The notes under the pieces were generated by a model. The model was not told the DNA's origin. It saw only the letters and a program-made list of their open reading frames with translations, and did not search any database. 64,000 nucleotides of DNA from Takakia lepidozioides. Its lineage: Eukaryota; Plantae; Bryophyta. Location: the NCBI GenBank assembly GCA_030704615.1, contig CM060731.1:46810001-46874000 (forward strand). Reading direction: 5' to 3'. Of this stretch, positions 12,801 to 26,300 are shown piece by piece. The position numbers were made by a program, and so were the translations under genes. Numbering within the stretch: position 1 is the stretch's first letter; every line of letters begins with the position of its first letter.

Positions 12801-13365
12801 GTGTCGAATGTCCCCACATTTTTTGCTACTCACCCTTTCTCTTTTCCCCCTGTGAGCACTCCTTGCCCTTTGAGCTTTTTGGTGAGTGGAGGTAGCTTTG
12901 TGTTAAAACCAGTATATCTAATTAGACCCACTCTGTACTTGGAAGGGAAAGCGCAAACCTGGCCTCCTTAACTGTTTAGGCTGCCGGCCACCAAAATATG
13001 AGCTCGAAGAAGTCTACATAATTTAAATAAGAAAAGGTTTCGAAGTACTTTTGGAAGCAGTATTACAATGGTTTGAGTGGGAGATAATAGGTTTGCCAGT
13101 GTCAGACATCTTCTAGTGTGCACCTACGGGTTGACAAGAGACAAGCTATCAGGCTAAAAGAAGAGTACCAATTGTGAAACATTGTCTTTTGAAGAACAAC
13201 CTGAATACATGTCAAGCATAGCATCATGCATTTGATAAGGTGTACATTTTGAATTCCTACCCCCCAGAGCAGAAGCCATGTGATAATTCCAAGCTCTCCA
13301 ACCATCTTCAATTTTTTGCTAGTCCTTCCTGTCTTTTTTTTGTTGTCGAGCTAGTTGCGAGGAAT
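9900..13365. repeat. Degenerate tandem array of a ~690-bp unit (about 3.5 units), interrupted by a foldback
   Basis: The anchor CTTTCGAGAAATCAC(A/G)TAGGTTCTA recurs at ~9932, ~10609 and ~12717. GTGGAGACAAGCCCC..AACAAAAGCCATGTGATA recurs at ~10491 and ~12571, with a variant at ~13260. GAAGTACTTT(T)G recurs at ~10253, ~12341 and ~13041. Confidence 0.85.
10955..12046. repeat. ~1.1-kb imperfect inverted repeat (foldback; arms ~10955-11480 and ~11520-12046, loop ~40 bp)
   Basis: AAGGACGATCATTCACTTTTATCAGCTACA (~11228) pairs with TGTAACTGATAGAAGTGAATGATTGTCCTT (~11775). TAAACTTGTATATCCACCTTATGGACAACGTCGGGT (~11165) pairs with ACCCGGCGTTGTCCATAAAGTGCATATACAAGTTTA (~11853). Confidence 0.9.
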
Positions 13366-13574
13366 GGGGTTACAAATTTGGGGACATGTAATTTTTCCAA
13401 ATCACGTTTCAGTTCTTTTCCTCCCTTTGAACAAAGTAGTTTGATCTGAATAACCTTTAGAACTATTATGTGGTTGATGGGTACAAAGAAGTTCAAAATG
13501 ACAATGTTGTCAACTACACGAAAGTTGACATATTTGTTCCATTTTAGCTATAAAGAGTCTTGACCCTGCTGGAT

Positions 13575-15258
13575 GAAGTAGCGGTGCTGAAGGGAACTTG
13601 TTGGTAGAAACTAGGAGGTCCTAATCTAGGTCCCATGATTCTAGTTAGCAGAAAGCCATTAAGTTAGAGAAAAAAAGGACGCTCATCTGGAAATAGAAGT
13701 TCCGCATCCATCTGGATTGCACATGCATGGAAATAGAAAACATGCCACTAGTAGATATCCCAGTTCCAGTATCTGTCTTTGGAAGCTCCATGTTTTTGCC
13801 TTTTAGAGCCTCGGTTCGGGCCAATGTTGTCGTCCAGTTTCTTGTACCCTCATTGTGCAAGCATCCTTCGCATCTATGCATGTGCAACAGAAATAGCATT
13901 TAAGATGCACCATTCTGAGATTCAAACCAACCATGAAAATACTAGATCTTGGTTGTGGAGACAGCTGCCCATGGTCCTCTGCAGACCAAAGATCGATTCT
14001 AGATTTACCAAGGTGATCGTCCAATCCCTAAACCCTCCTCCCCCAGTCACTCTATCGATCTCTTCTCCGAAGGTAGATAGACGCTCATCTGTCATGACAA
14101 CATGATCGTATCATCCAGGGTATTGTCGCCCTGGTCCAATTTCGAAGTCCTTGTTAGCATTTTGCAAGGTGTTGGTCTCTCACGGAAAGACAAAATGGAG
14201 TTATGGTTGATGACGAATGACAGAAAAAAATAGGATGGGCAAGTCAGGGCGAGCACTCTAGTCCTAATTACCGATTTACACCTTAGAAGTGTTGATATGC
14301 TATAACCTCATCCAGGGGGGAAGAAATAGTCTTACCTCTTCTGCAACATATTTCAAAATAGTTCACAAGATCAACAGGAACACCAGGAAACCGTGCACAC
14401 AAATCCTCTCTCTGCCATTGACACTATCAGCCATCAGTTGCAACCCAAAAAAGACAATGCTTTGATACATCTCTATAACCCACAACAACCTTTGTGCGTA
14501 ACCTTACAATATGCACATGCTTGATTGTGCTAATAGGGCCAGCTCCAGGTCCTCCATCGTGCCCAGAGATCTGCCACACAGAACTCATCAGCAATTTTGC
14601 CAGAAAGAAATATATTTTATGAAGAGCGACGATGGTATAATGTGAGATGCCTGACTAAAGATGCTCAACGTGTATTCCCAGGCCACAAATGAAAGAACAA
14701 ATGTAATTCCAGGTTCATGAGATATCAAAGCAGGGTGAGCCACACACTGCTGGGCTAGTCCGTCCAACTTTCTTGCTCTCACTTCCTAGTGAACAATAAT
14801 GCACTACCCCCAAAATTATATAAACATGTTAGGAAAGGAACTCCAAGAACTTGAACAGTGATCATTACATTCATATAAGAAATAGAAGGATCTAATCCCT
14901 ACAGCAGTCGGGAGCCTAAACCGATAGCAGTCCAAGAATGCCGCAAGAGAAAAAAGGTGAACCTGGATCACATCGGCGTTAGCTTTCGCTACCCCACAAG
15001 CAACTGTCGATTCCAGCTACACCCACACGTCACCGACACTGGCCTTCGAGATGACCTGGTTCATACAGATGAACAACTTTCACTCCGTGTGGAAAGGAAT
15101 CGAAGATGAGGTGATACTCCACAGGCCGGACAAAGTCCTGAACCCAATAGTAAAAGTGGGCTGCATTTGCCAAGAAAGTAGGGGCTGAAGCGACCTGGGT
15201 TTTGAAGCGATGGGTTAACACCCCTTATAAAATCTCGAGTCACTGTATCCGCCTGCCC
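13575..15258 (-). pseudogene. Decayed genomic duplicate B of Fd-GOGAT exons ~21-26 with internal deletions
   Basis: 13575-14515 matches ~22695-23765, 14515-15155 matches ~24703-25340, and 15157-15258 matches ~25720-25840 (TGGGCTGCATTTGCCAAGAAAGTAGGGG...CACTGTATCC). Confidence 0.9.
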
Positions 15259-15283
15259 ATCTCGCGCGAGGCCGTTGAGGGCC

Positions 15284-16555
15284 ATGGCCGCGGGGCAGGG
15301 CCAAGCTCCGCGCTATGGCGACGACGCCACAGCGGACGTGGTGCTGCATCTGAGCGCCCTGGAGGGGCAGGCGCTGCCTCCCATGCTGCTGCATTCCAAG
15401 GCGCTGAGAAGGTCGGAGTTTTTTGAGGCCAGGTTGTCGGAGAGATGGGCGTCGGATGGGGCGAAGCCGCTGGAACTGACGCTGGATAAGTGCAGGGATC
15501 CGAACACGTACGTGAGGTGTATTCAGATGCTGTACGTGCCGGATCGAGTGAAGCACACGTCGTTTGTGGATGTGCAGGATTCGCTCAACATATTGGAGGT
15601 GGCGGCTGAGCTTCTGTTCCATGATTGTGTGAACGCTTGCATGCGATATCTGGAAGCGGTGCCTTGGTCGTTGGAAAATGAGAGTGCAATTCGTGCTTGT
15701 GTCTCCAATTTGCATCTTCAGGTATCGCAGGATCTGGCCGCCAGGCTGTGTACCCCGGAGAGCGTGCCAGATTGTGAGCCTCTGGAAATCATGAAGGATG
15801 TGTTGGGGGAATTGCTATCTTTAGTCACGAATGGCGCACCCTCCAAGGCCCGAGATATTACGGAGAGGGTGTTGCTTGCAAATGTGCAGCCATCGACCTC
15901 ACCCGCTTTTGCTGCTGTCAATGAGGTAGCCCTGTTCAAAGAGCTACACGGGAATTTAGAGCAGTTGAAGACACAGCTGCGCAAATTTGCCAATTTCTTC
16001 TCTTGGAATGCTCATCAGGTGACTATTGCATGCTCTGCTATGCGCTGGCTCTTGGACGAGTTATTTGCCCTTCAGATTGCAGACGTGGCTGTGAAGATGT
16101 TCTCCGAGGAACAGGAACTTGCTCAATTGATGGTTTCGAGGATCTATCAAAACCCATTCACAGAAACACTTTTCCATATTTTAGTCCGAATGCTGCAAGC
16201 CCTGCAGAAGGGAGAGGTGGTTGCTCCCCGTGCAGTACGCTTGGCACTGGTCACCACATGGCTACCTGTGGTAGCGAAGTTAGGAAACGATGGGGAGGAC
16301 AATTTTGGGAAAGATGTTGAGTTGCAAAGAACCCTTGAAGGCGGCTTAGGAGCTGTAGTCGAAACCCTACCGATGGTGGACCAAGAGACGATATTCAAAA
16401 CCTGGATCGGTGCGTGCCTCAAGTGCCGAAAGGCTTGGCCCGATCTCAGTGAGGCCTTTGACTCCTGGTGCAGCAAGCTCCGTCAGGCCCAGCGGGACAC
16501 AGGCATGGACATGGAGAAAGCTCCTTCATGTTCAGAGGCGACTTGCCTCTCATAA
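15284..16555 (+). CDS. Intronless plant BTB/POZ domain protein (At3g05675/At1g63850-like family), 423 aa
   Basis: Uninterrupted ORF with ATG in GCCATGG context. Motifs GDDATADVVLHL, LHSKALRRSEFFEARLSERW and LNILEVAAELLFHDCVNACMRYLEAVPW are typical of this BTB subfamily. Confidence 0.85.
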   Translation: MAAGQGQAPRYGDDATADVVLHLSALEGQALPPMLLHSKALRRSEFFEARLSERWASDGAKPLELTLDKCRDPNTYVRCIQMLYVPDRVKHTSFVDVQDSLNILEVAAELLFHDCVNACMRYLEAVPWSLENESAIRACVSNLHLQVSQDLAARLCTPESVPDCEPLEIMKDVLGELLSLVTNGAPSKARDITERVLLANVQPSTSPAFAAVNEVALFKELHGNLEQLKTQLRKFANFFSWNAHQVTIACSAMRWLLDELFALQIADVAVKMFSEEQELAQLMVSRIYQNPFTETLFHILVRMLQALQKGEVVAPRAVRLALVTTWLPVVAKLGNDGEDNFGKDVELQRTLEGGLGAVVETLPMVDQETIFKTWIGACLKCRKAWPDLSEAFDSWCSKLRQAQRDTGMDMEKAPSCSEATCLS

Positions 16556-17479
16556 GCACCAATCACAGATATCGCAGCATGAACATCAGCATCAGCATCG
16601 GAGGAGGTGAATCAGATATACCAGAATTTTGCAAGACCCCGGGTCTACAAAGAACACCTTTGCAAAGCTGGGCATTTAACAGGATAATGAGCCTGAAGGG
16701 AGCTCTCTATCTTCCTTAGGTGGGCGTCCTCACTCTCCGCATACAGCATCAGAGCAGGAGATGGTGGTGTACACTTTGTAAGATTGGAATGCTAAACAGC
16801 TGTGTCCTCAAGTGATGAAGAGATTCAAATGCTTATGATAATCTGTACAAGCTGTACAAGTGGGGTAGATGAAGGTTCTTATGTTGTCCTCATCCATGGG
16901 TACCTATGGCAGTTTTATTGGGCAGACATGCTGAAGTTGGTGTGTACAGTTAAAGAAAATACAACGAGTTGTAGAGTAAAAGAGCTCTCTGATGAAGCAA
17001 CCTCTGATAGATTCTTCACCTTTGTTCATTGCCAGACAGTAACACTTCCTTACCACAATCTTCATTTGTAATTTGAGTACAGTGATCTTGTCCTTTTGTA
17101 TCAATATCAATCTAACCACAATTGAGTGGCTTACAGTTGATTCTGAGTATTCCAAGTTGTCCTGTCTCTGTTTGCAAATGCTGTGTTAAAGCTGTTACCC
17201 TTCTCTCCTCCCCTGGGGCACATAATCTCTGCATGCTTTCTCCCTTTTGCTCCATTGTCATACTATGTAGTCTGATTGTGTTTGAATCTCATCTTATTAC
17301 AAAGGCAGACTTTGGGATGTATTTGGGTGTTTTTCTTTATGCGCATCCGGCTTGACATACTTGAATTCTCTCTCTTCTGCCACTAGGCTCTGGAAGTGGC
17401 TACTGGCTACTGAACACATTATCTTTCTCTGTCTCTCTCTGACAATAAGTGTTCTGACAGTGCAACACAATTATTCTCT

Positions 17480-19400
17480 TCCTCTTACCTGCAACGGCCT
17501 AAGTGGTTGGACCCCTCTAAGCTAAATCTGCTGAGCAGTACAATTCCAGACAACCTGGCGGACTTGAGTGCCTTGGAGTCCTTAATCTCTCCCATGACAA
17601 CCTCTCTGGGCAGATTCAAGGTGGCTTCAACACAAAATTCCTAGACTTGTCATTCCACTAGTGTCCATAGCTAGCAGGGCCTGGTGGTTGCGAGGGGCAT
17701 TTCCTGGAGAGAGGAAACCAACATAGAGAGAGATTGAGTTGGAGAGTTCTATCAATTGCAAGCTTCCTTCTTGGGCATGGCGATCATTGGGTTTGTCTCT
17801 CTTGTAATGTTTCGACAGGAAAATCACCATGGGTGAATTGGGGTTCATAATTGGTTCACTTCCACTGGTGGTGGTTTGTCTTTGATGTCATGCCGTTGTA
17901 ACCTGCAAAGCTTAGCCAGTGCTCAGCTTCCACCACCATTATCCCCTGATACTTTTGAGGACTCTAACTGCAAATCTTGTCAAACCATCTGACCAAGCGT
18001 TTATATTTGAACGCCAGACTCATGGTCACTTGCAGACAGTAAAAAGAATGGAAAAGCTGAAAAAGTGCTCTTGATCTGTTCTGTGAGTTGATGGGAACTT
18101 GGCCGTTTTTTCTTTCCCCTGGCTGAAGCCTTGTAAGTCAACAATTTGACATCACTTGTTTCTTTTTTTCCAGATTTTTGAATCATGCCCTCATCCCACC
18201 CCACCCTTGGGCCAGGATTCTTGAATCTGGGAAAACGCATGGGCAGGAACACCTCTTACATATCCATGCCACAAAGACTTAGTCAGAAGGAGCCAATTGT
18301 TGACTTAAGAGGATTTGAGGAATCCGGGAGCTATCTCCCAACAGAGTTAAAAGTAACAGATTTCCTCCTCGATTCATCAAGAGCGCATTCACCTTTTGCA
18401 CTTTGAGGATCAGAAAGGGGTCAAACATATATATATCTCTATATAATATATGAAGCATCCAACAGATGGCACAAGGATTCAAAGCCACATAGGTGTATGT
18501 TGGATGTAACCCAGTATCACCAAACCATGAAAGGTGGGTAATTGAGTGAACCATTCACTTTTAACGTGTGGGTACGGGGGACTTCCGAGTCCTTGGGGGA
18601 GGGTTGGACAACCGTGTTGCCCCAATTATGGCCATAACGGCCGTTACAATATGTACACCTTCCATGGGGTGAAGTGAGACCATAAGTCATGCTTGCTTCA
18701 ACAAGAGTCTTCCTTCCTTCTTCTATAATACTTGACCCGACCGGCCAGGTATGGCAAAGGTCAAGAAAAACCGACATGGAGGAGGCTTATGCAGTAGTAT
18801 GTGACCCAAAACATGAGCAATCACGAGAATAGAGAGGGCAGAGTATGTGCAATTACTGGTGCTCCACAAAGTGGGAACACACCAGTTATTTCCATCAATA
18901 AAAAAGACCAGTCAACACTAACCTTTTCAAAGCCCACATTGATCGGCTGGGCCGCCTCCCCTATTGCTTGCTCTTATTTACTGTGCTGCCAAAATGCAAA
19001 AAATGCGAAGGTGGTGGGCTAAGTTGACATGCATGGCTGTATACCGATGGAGCTAGGGCAGTTGTGAAGATTATTGAAATTTGACCTACTATACAATGAC
19101 CTCAGTGCTCACAGGCGCCAATCCAGCTAGTTTGGGAAACTGCTCATCTTTGGTGGAGCCAGACTAGAGCAACATCTAGCTGAGTGGAAACATATTGATG
19201 GAGCTACAGCGGTTGCAAAAACTAATGAGACTCTACCTATGGAAGAACAGCCTCACATGCAACGGTCCAGCTAGTTCAGGAAATTGCTCATCTTTGGTGG
19301 AACTAGACTTGACTACAATCAGCTTAGTACCAATACAACGATGTTCATTTGCCTCAACAGTCTACTGCTGCTTTCTGGAATACCAAGGGTAAACTCTAAC
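17480..19400 (+). pseudogene. Fragments of a plant LRR receptor-like kinase/protein gene
   Basis: Frameshifted plant-specific LRR units: LKWLD..TIPDNLADLSALE.LNLSHDNLSGQI (~17500-17620), and IPMELGQL, SLGNCSSLVE, MELQRLQKLMRLYLWKNSL, GNCSSLVELDL (~19040-19320). Confidence 0.7.
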
Positions 19401-20395
19401 AGACAAAAAAATGGGCTACAGGACTTGACATTGAACTTTACACATAGGATTACATGTGCTGTTTCTACACAAGTATTGCTAGGAGAATGTTACTAGAAGA
19501 TCATATCCACTCACAGTTTGGGCAAAGCTCAAGAATGAATGATATGTGGTTTCACCACTGTGCATAATGTGCACAGGCTGATAAACAGCTTCGTCTTACC
19601 TGCCATGCTGTTGACACAATATTTCCACAAGGAAAATCTCCTCACATCTCATGGTCCTGATAATGAGCTTTCAGAATACCTGGATAGATGTTGGAAACAA
19701 CTTTACACCTCTGTCTGAGACAGAGCTTTCTAGTGTAAATGACAACTCCAGAGATCACATTGCAGTTTCTGCAAATAGTATACACTGGTACAAGGGATAT
19801 AAGTGGAATAGTCTCAATCACAAGGGCATAGATCATGGCGAGTCTTCGCCCACCACCCCCTTGCCATAGCTGAGCTTGTTTGGAAACTGCAAGCACCTCC
19901 ATGACTTGAGTGCGATGTGACAAAGAGCAAGCAAGAGCCATTCAAATACAAACAAGCCTTTTGGGCCAAGACCCCCACCCTCCTCAGTAGCACAGCCTCC
20001 CAACAGTACTATGCTCTTCACCTATTAACTTCCACCAAACACAATTCGCTGTTTGATCACATCAACTGGACCTATTGATTTGCTGTATTCTCATTTGCAA
20101 GTAACACTTGGTCATCCCTTTCTCCACTTGTCGTATGTTGATGGAAGAGATGCTACAGTACGTCAGTTCCGCGTAAATCACCACAAACAGGGAGAGCAAA
20201 TGCCAGCATTGCCGACTCCTTCCATTGGCTCAGGTACTGCCAGTGTAGACGTGCATAATTTATCCTCAAAATCAAAGCGAAACATGCTGACCACCCTGTA
20301 CCAACTGAGTACACCTCGAGTCCAATGTAGTGAGAGGTCGGGTGATGAGAAAGAACCAGAGCGGGAAACTAAGGATGCTAGAACAGCGAAGCAGC

Positions 20396-23300
20396 TTAAG
20401 CAGGCTGAGCCACCAACTGGTCCACAGTTTTTTCGCCAACTTCGGCATTTGCTTCAGGTGTATCTTCCTCGCTTGGAGGAACAAGTTGCCAAAACTTGGG
20501 CAGAAATTTGTCCCAATTTTCCAGTACCTCTTTTCCCCTAGCACTCCCAGTTTTGTCCTGCTCCACAAAAACAGGAAGGACACATGAAAACCAGAGGCTA
20601 AAAGTAATACTACTGCGAGTGCTCAATACAGTTATAAGTTTGCAGTTCCCAGTTGAGATCACGTGAGATACCATATGAGCTAAATACCAGGGAGCCAAAG
20701 TAGTGCTAATGCTAGTGCTCAATACAGCTATAAACTTCAATTCCAAGTTAGGATCATCTGAGAGATACCACGTGGGATTGCACGAGGCGTTGAAGCTGCA
20801 ATTGCCCTGCGGGTGCCCCAACTCGCTGCATCTTTACAATCTCCTTATTGACCTGTCGATACAGTTGGGTAGTAGAAGTGTTCAGTAGAGGAAGAAAGTA
20901 GGCAGTACCAGCACAAATTACTTACTAAGCCTAGATACATAATGCAACATCCAACGACATGACATAAGAAGCAAACCTTAGGTGTGAAAGTGTCGTCTTC
21001 ATCAAGAAAATACGCTAAGCCACCCGTCATTCCCGCACCCACATTGCGGCCCACCCTGCACAATCAAGCATGCCCACTCCGACATATTATCTTCTGACTA
21101 AAATGCATGGATTGTAACCACGAGTCTCGTTAAAGGGCTTCCAGTGGTATCATCCAGCGTGAGCTGATTCTGCTGCATTGAAACCCTTGGATATTACATT
21201 CAGACGAGCCGTCCATCGTATCTGATAGTTCCTTGTCAAGAATGAGCTTGCAGGGCATATATACTTAAGGAACATTCCTGCTTTCCCATCTCACTGGACT
21301 ATCCCTGCTTGTTCACTAAATGCTAGAGATATGGACTTCAAAGTGTGCAGCAAAGTGCCGCAGTTGACCTACGTGCCAAGAGCCACAACACAACCCCCAG
21401 TCATGTATTCACAACAATGATCACCACTGCCTTCAATGACAGCTTCCGCCAGGGAATTGCGCACTGCAAAGCGTTCACCGGCTTTTCCCCTCGCAAACAT
21501 CTGCCCTCCTGTGGCTCCATAAAGACATGTGTTGCCGACAATGGTAGCATTTTCCGGCACAAACCCGCAATTCTCATTTGGCACTATGACAATCTCGCCT
21601 CCTGCCATTCCCTACAGCAGTCACAGAGCAAAAGTTTTTAACACAGTTGAAAGTAAATAGACAAGGCATGCTCCTTATGAATGGGCTTCTCAACCCTGTC
21701 ACTCTAGTCTCTCTTGAACTTTATAGGATACTGTAGTTCATACGAAGCATTCCAATCACACCAATCCCACATCAATGTTGCTGCTGTGCAATCCCAAGGG
21801 TAGAACCAGACAAGAGCTCTTGCCAAACTTCCTCGAAGCATAGCTATTACGAGCTGTCAACAGTATGGTTGCTCTCAAATATATTTGAAGTGAGGTCAAG
21901 GGAGCCAATCTGAAGTGCATAGTGTCTATAAAGACTTACCTTGCCAACAAAGTCATTAGCCTCCCCAACCAACCGAACATGCATCCCTGGAGTAAGAAAA
22001 CACCCAAAGGATTGCCCTGCACTTCCGACAAATCTGCACAAAATACAACTCTAATGAGCACAACACTACCTGTAGAGAAACAAGCACTTCAGACCTGGCA
22101 AGTACACTGGACGGCGTTCAGATTGCAGGGTGCACAATAAGTCTCCCCGATTACCTGAGAAGTCCAGAGGCACTTACGTAATTTCAAGCTGGCCTGCAAA
22201 GCCAGTGTCCCCATATTTCTTCGCAATTGAACCCGCAATACGACCACACGCAGCACGGTCAACATTGAATATCTTTATGGTCTTTTGAACTGTCTTCTCA
22301 TTCTCAATCGCATCAGCAATCTGTGCAAGAAAGTTCCGTCAATTCCAGTATTGTTGTGGATACTAGATTATGTCAATAACCTTGTTATATAACTTTCCAC
22401 CCAATACACACACCAATTCATTGAATATAACCCTACAAATCCCTATGACAAAACTTTCTAATTCTTGAATTATCACTTTCCCCACAGTAATCAGACATAC
22501 AAGAAGACAGCTCATTCAAATATAAGAAAGAGAAAGACATCAAGTACCTCAGGATCAGCAAGGAGAGTGTCATCCAGAACAGGGCCATTTGAGTGCACTT
22601 CTTGATTGCGTACTTTTGTGCTGCTCCACTTTGGCAGCCCTACGCTCTGAATGCACAAGATATTGTCGACTTGACTATACCAATATACTCTCAATAATGG
22701 TGCTCACGGGAAACTTGCTGGCAGAAGCTAGGAGCTCCTAATCCAGGTCCCAGGATTCTAGTTATCAGAAAGCAATAAGTTTACAGAAAAAAATGACACT
22801 GATTTGGAAATAGAAGTTCAGCATCCATCTGGATTGCACATACATGGAAATAGAAAACATACCGCTAGTAGATATCCCAGATCCAGTAGCTGTGTCTTTG
22901 GAAGCTCTATGCTTCTGCGTTTTAGAACCTCTGTTCGGCCGATGATGTCATCCAATTTCTCGTACCCTAATTGTGCAAGCAACCCTCGCACCTGCACATG
23001 TGCAACAGAGATAGCATTTAAGATGCACATTCGGAGGTTCACAACTAACCACATAAATACTAGGTCTTGATTGGAAGCAGCTGGCCATTGTCCTTTGCAG
23101 ACCAAACATGGATTCTAGGCTTACCACGGTGATTGCCCAATCCCCAAACCCTCCTCCCCCAGTCACTCTATCCATCACCTTCCTCTTTATTGTGGTTGAG
23201 TGAACCAACTTTTCTCCGATGGCACAAAGATGCTTATCTCTCGTGACAATAAGATCATATCATCCAGGTATTGTTTGCCTGCCGTAAATTCAAGTCCCTT

Positions 23301-26300
23301 TTGTTATTTTGCGAGGTGCTGGTTTCTTAAGGCAAGGGAAAAAGGAGTTACAAGAAGAGTCAACCACATAACTTGCAGTGCTACATGCCCAGTGGCAACT
23401 GCGACTACGGAAGTCGGCGCAACCTCCTTCCTAAACTTGCAAAATAATCAATCAAAGGAGTATATAGGCTCGACAACAGTGGAGCGCGATAATCCTTATC
23501 CAAATTACAAGTATACATCTTAGGTTTTGATATATGATAAATCTACATTTCTGCTTAACCTCATCCGTGGGGAAAGAAATGGTCTACCTCTTCTGCTGCA
23601 TACGAAAAGTAATTCACAAGATCACCAGGAACACCAGGAAACCGTGCACGCAACTCCTCTCTCTGCCATTGACACTATCAGACATCAGTTGCAACCCAAA
23701 AGAGACAATGCTTTGATACATCCCTGTAGCCCACAACAAACCTTCTGTGTAACTTTACAATATGCAAAAAGTGCCTCTTTACCACTAAAAAGGGCTTGCC
23801 ACTGCATAAGTAACCAGAAGAGACCCCACTTCCCCTAAATACTCCATTGTTTGCTCCACTCCAGTCTTGCAGCAGTAACAGGAGCTTCTTTCCCTCTCTA
23901 TATGTTGATCAATCCCATCTTTCTGTGTCGGGAAACTTTCAATAACAAAAGTAGCACAACTGGGATAAATAAAAGTAGAAGTTATAACATACTTGGCTGG
24001 CAACCCCAACAGGACAATTATTGGTGTGGCAGATGCGAGCCATGATGCAGCCTGTAGCAATCATGGCCACTGACCCAAATCCATATTCATCAGCACCCAT
24101 GGCTGCTGCCATCATCACATCCACTCCACTCTTGAATCCGCCATCCACTCTTAGGACGACTCGCTCACGGAGCCCATTGTTGAGCAGGGTCTGTCCCACA
24201 ACATGCACATTCAACATTTAGGCCATGTATGAGCCACTTTTCCAAGGTCAGGAGAAGTCCAGCCTGCACAAAAGCCAGTGTTGATGCTATCACAATGAGC
24301 AGCCAAGCAACAGTCTACAGGATACTTTACAATATTTCTTGACCCCAAACAGTTTGAAAGATCTGGAATTTTTTACTGTTCAAATATAAGACAATACAAG
24401 ATTACAATCTTAATGCTTGTTTTCAGCTTACAAGAAGCCACTGCATAATTGGCTATCTCCCACTCTAAGAGCAACAGATTTTGGAACACATCAGCATGGT
24501 CAATCTGTTTGCTAAAGAAACTATTCACCAAAGCACAAGCATCTTGCAATTTTGCTTTGGAATCACAAGCTAACCCTGCAATGAACGTACCCATACAAAT
24601 ACAGGCTGGGCACTGTGTCTGACAGAGTTCAAGTTTGTGCTGATCAAGAAAACAACCAACCTGATGGGTTTCGCTCAAGCCAAGCTCCCAAGGACCCCCT
24701 GCATGCTTGATTGAGCTAATTGGGCTAGCTCCAGTTCCTCCATCGTGCCCAGAGATCTGCCACACAGCACTCATCAGCAATTTTGCCAGAAAGAAATCTA
24801 TTTTATGAAGAGAGAGGATGGATGATGTGACATGCCTGACTAAAGATGCTGCACGTGTATTCCCAGGCCACAAATGAAAGAACAAATGTAATTCCAGGTT
24901 CATGAGATATCAAAGCAGGGTGAGCCACACACTGCTGGGCTAGTCCGTCCAACTTTCTTGCTCTCACTTTACTGAACAATAAAGCACTACCCCCAAAATT
25001 ATATGAACATGTTAGAAAAAGAACTCCAAGAACAACAATTATGATTGCATTCATATAAGAACTGTGCAAGTAGAAGGAACTAATCCCTACAGCAGAAGCC
25101 TAATCCGAGAGCGTCCAAGAATGCCGTAAGAGAAAACGGGTGAACCTGGATCACATCGGCGTTAGCTTTTGCAACCCCACAAGCAACTGTGCCGATCCCA
25201 GCTTCAGCCACCAACTTCACTGACACTTTGGCGTTCGGGTTGACCTGTCTCATACAGTTAAACAAATTTCACTTCATGTGGAAAGGAATTAAAGAGGTGA
25301 TAGGCTGGACAAAGTCCTGAACCTTCGAAAGTAAAAGTGGAATTAGCAGGGAGGTAGGAGTCTCCTTGAAGGTGGCAAGGCATCATGAACAAGTCACACT
25401 TTGACTCCCCCTGCACCAAAACTCAGAACCTCATTTATTTGCCCATTTTCACAAAGTGACCACATGCAACCATTAATCATGTGGCTGCCAAAACCAGAAA
25501 GATGCAGTGCACAAAGGAGATATAAGGGTACCTGATGAAGATCCCAGATAAGTTGGGCCAAGTCCTCAATTGAATATATGTCATGATGGGGAGGAGGAGA
25601 AATGAGAGGGACACCAGGTTTTGAGTTCCGCAAAGTAGCAATGTATGGACTGACTTTCTTGCCAGGTAGCTGTCCCCCTTCTCCTGGTTTGGCCCCTTGA
25701 GCAATCTTGATTTCGAGTTGGGCTGCATTTGCCAAGAAAGTAGGGGTAACGCCAAAGCGCCCTGAAGCGACCTGAACAGCCAACTTTCAAGTGATGAGTT
25801 ACAACCAATATCAAATCTCTAATCACTGTATCCTGCACATTTCAAGTATTCATGTGGTTCATACAATCTACTGCTTGACCATGAAAAGGATCTCTCCTTT
25901 GAAAGATACAGGTGATCAATAGCCATGATATGCAAAAAAATTACAGAGCGCTCAGAAATGAAATGGAATGGCACTTTATAAAGACCAATTTAAGAAAGAA
26001 AGACCAACTTTGTAACGTCCAGACGAAGCCCAGAATGTACTCATAAGATGTTGTTTGTCATAGCCTTGTGGCCATAGACCTGTAGGTGGAGCAGAAGGGA
26101 ACAGACACTACCTTGGCGAGGGGTTTGCTCCAGTAGTGGGACTTACTGTGATATAAGCAATTTTTTCAGGCTTTCCAGATTTCCTCCTCGAGAAAGAAAT
26201 TCACACAAGCAACAATCTACTGTGGGATCTGCCCAGCAGTTAGACCCCAACAGGGCCATGGCTTTAGGCTTAGCCCAGATTTTGAGAGTTACTGAACAGA

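Noticed and set aside
19600-19950. Possible enzyme pseudogene fragment on - strand
   Set aside because: I could not match any family motif convincingly.
20053-20587. + strand ORFs overlapping the GOGAT 3' end
   Set aside because: Shadow frames of the last exon and 3'UTR.
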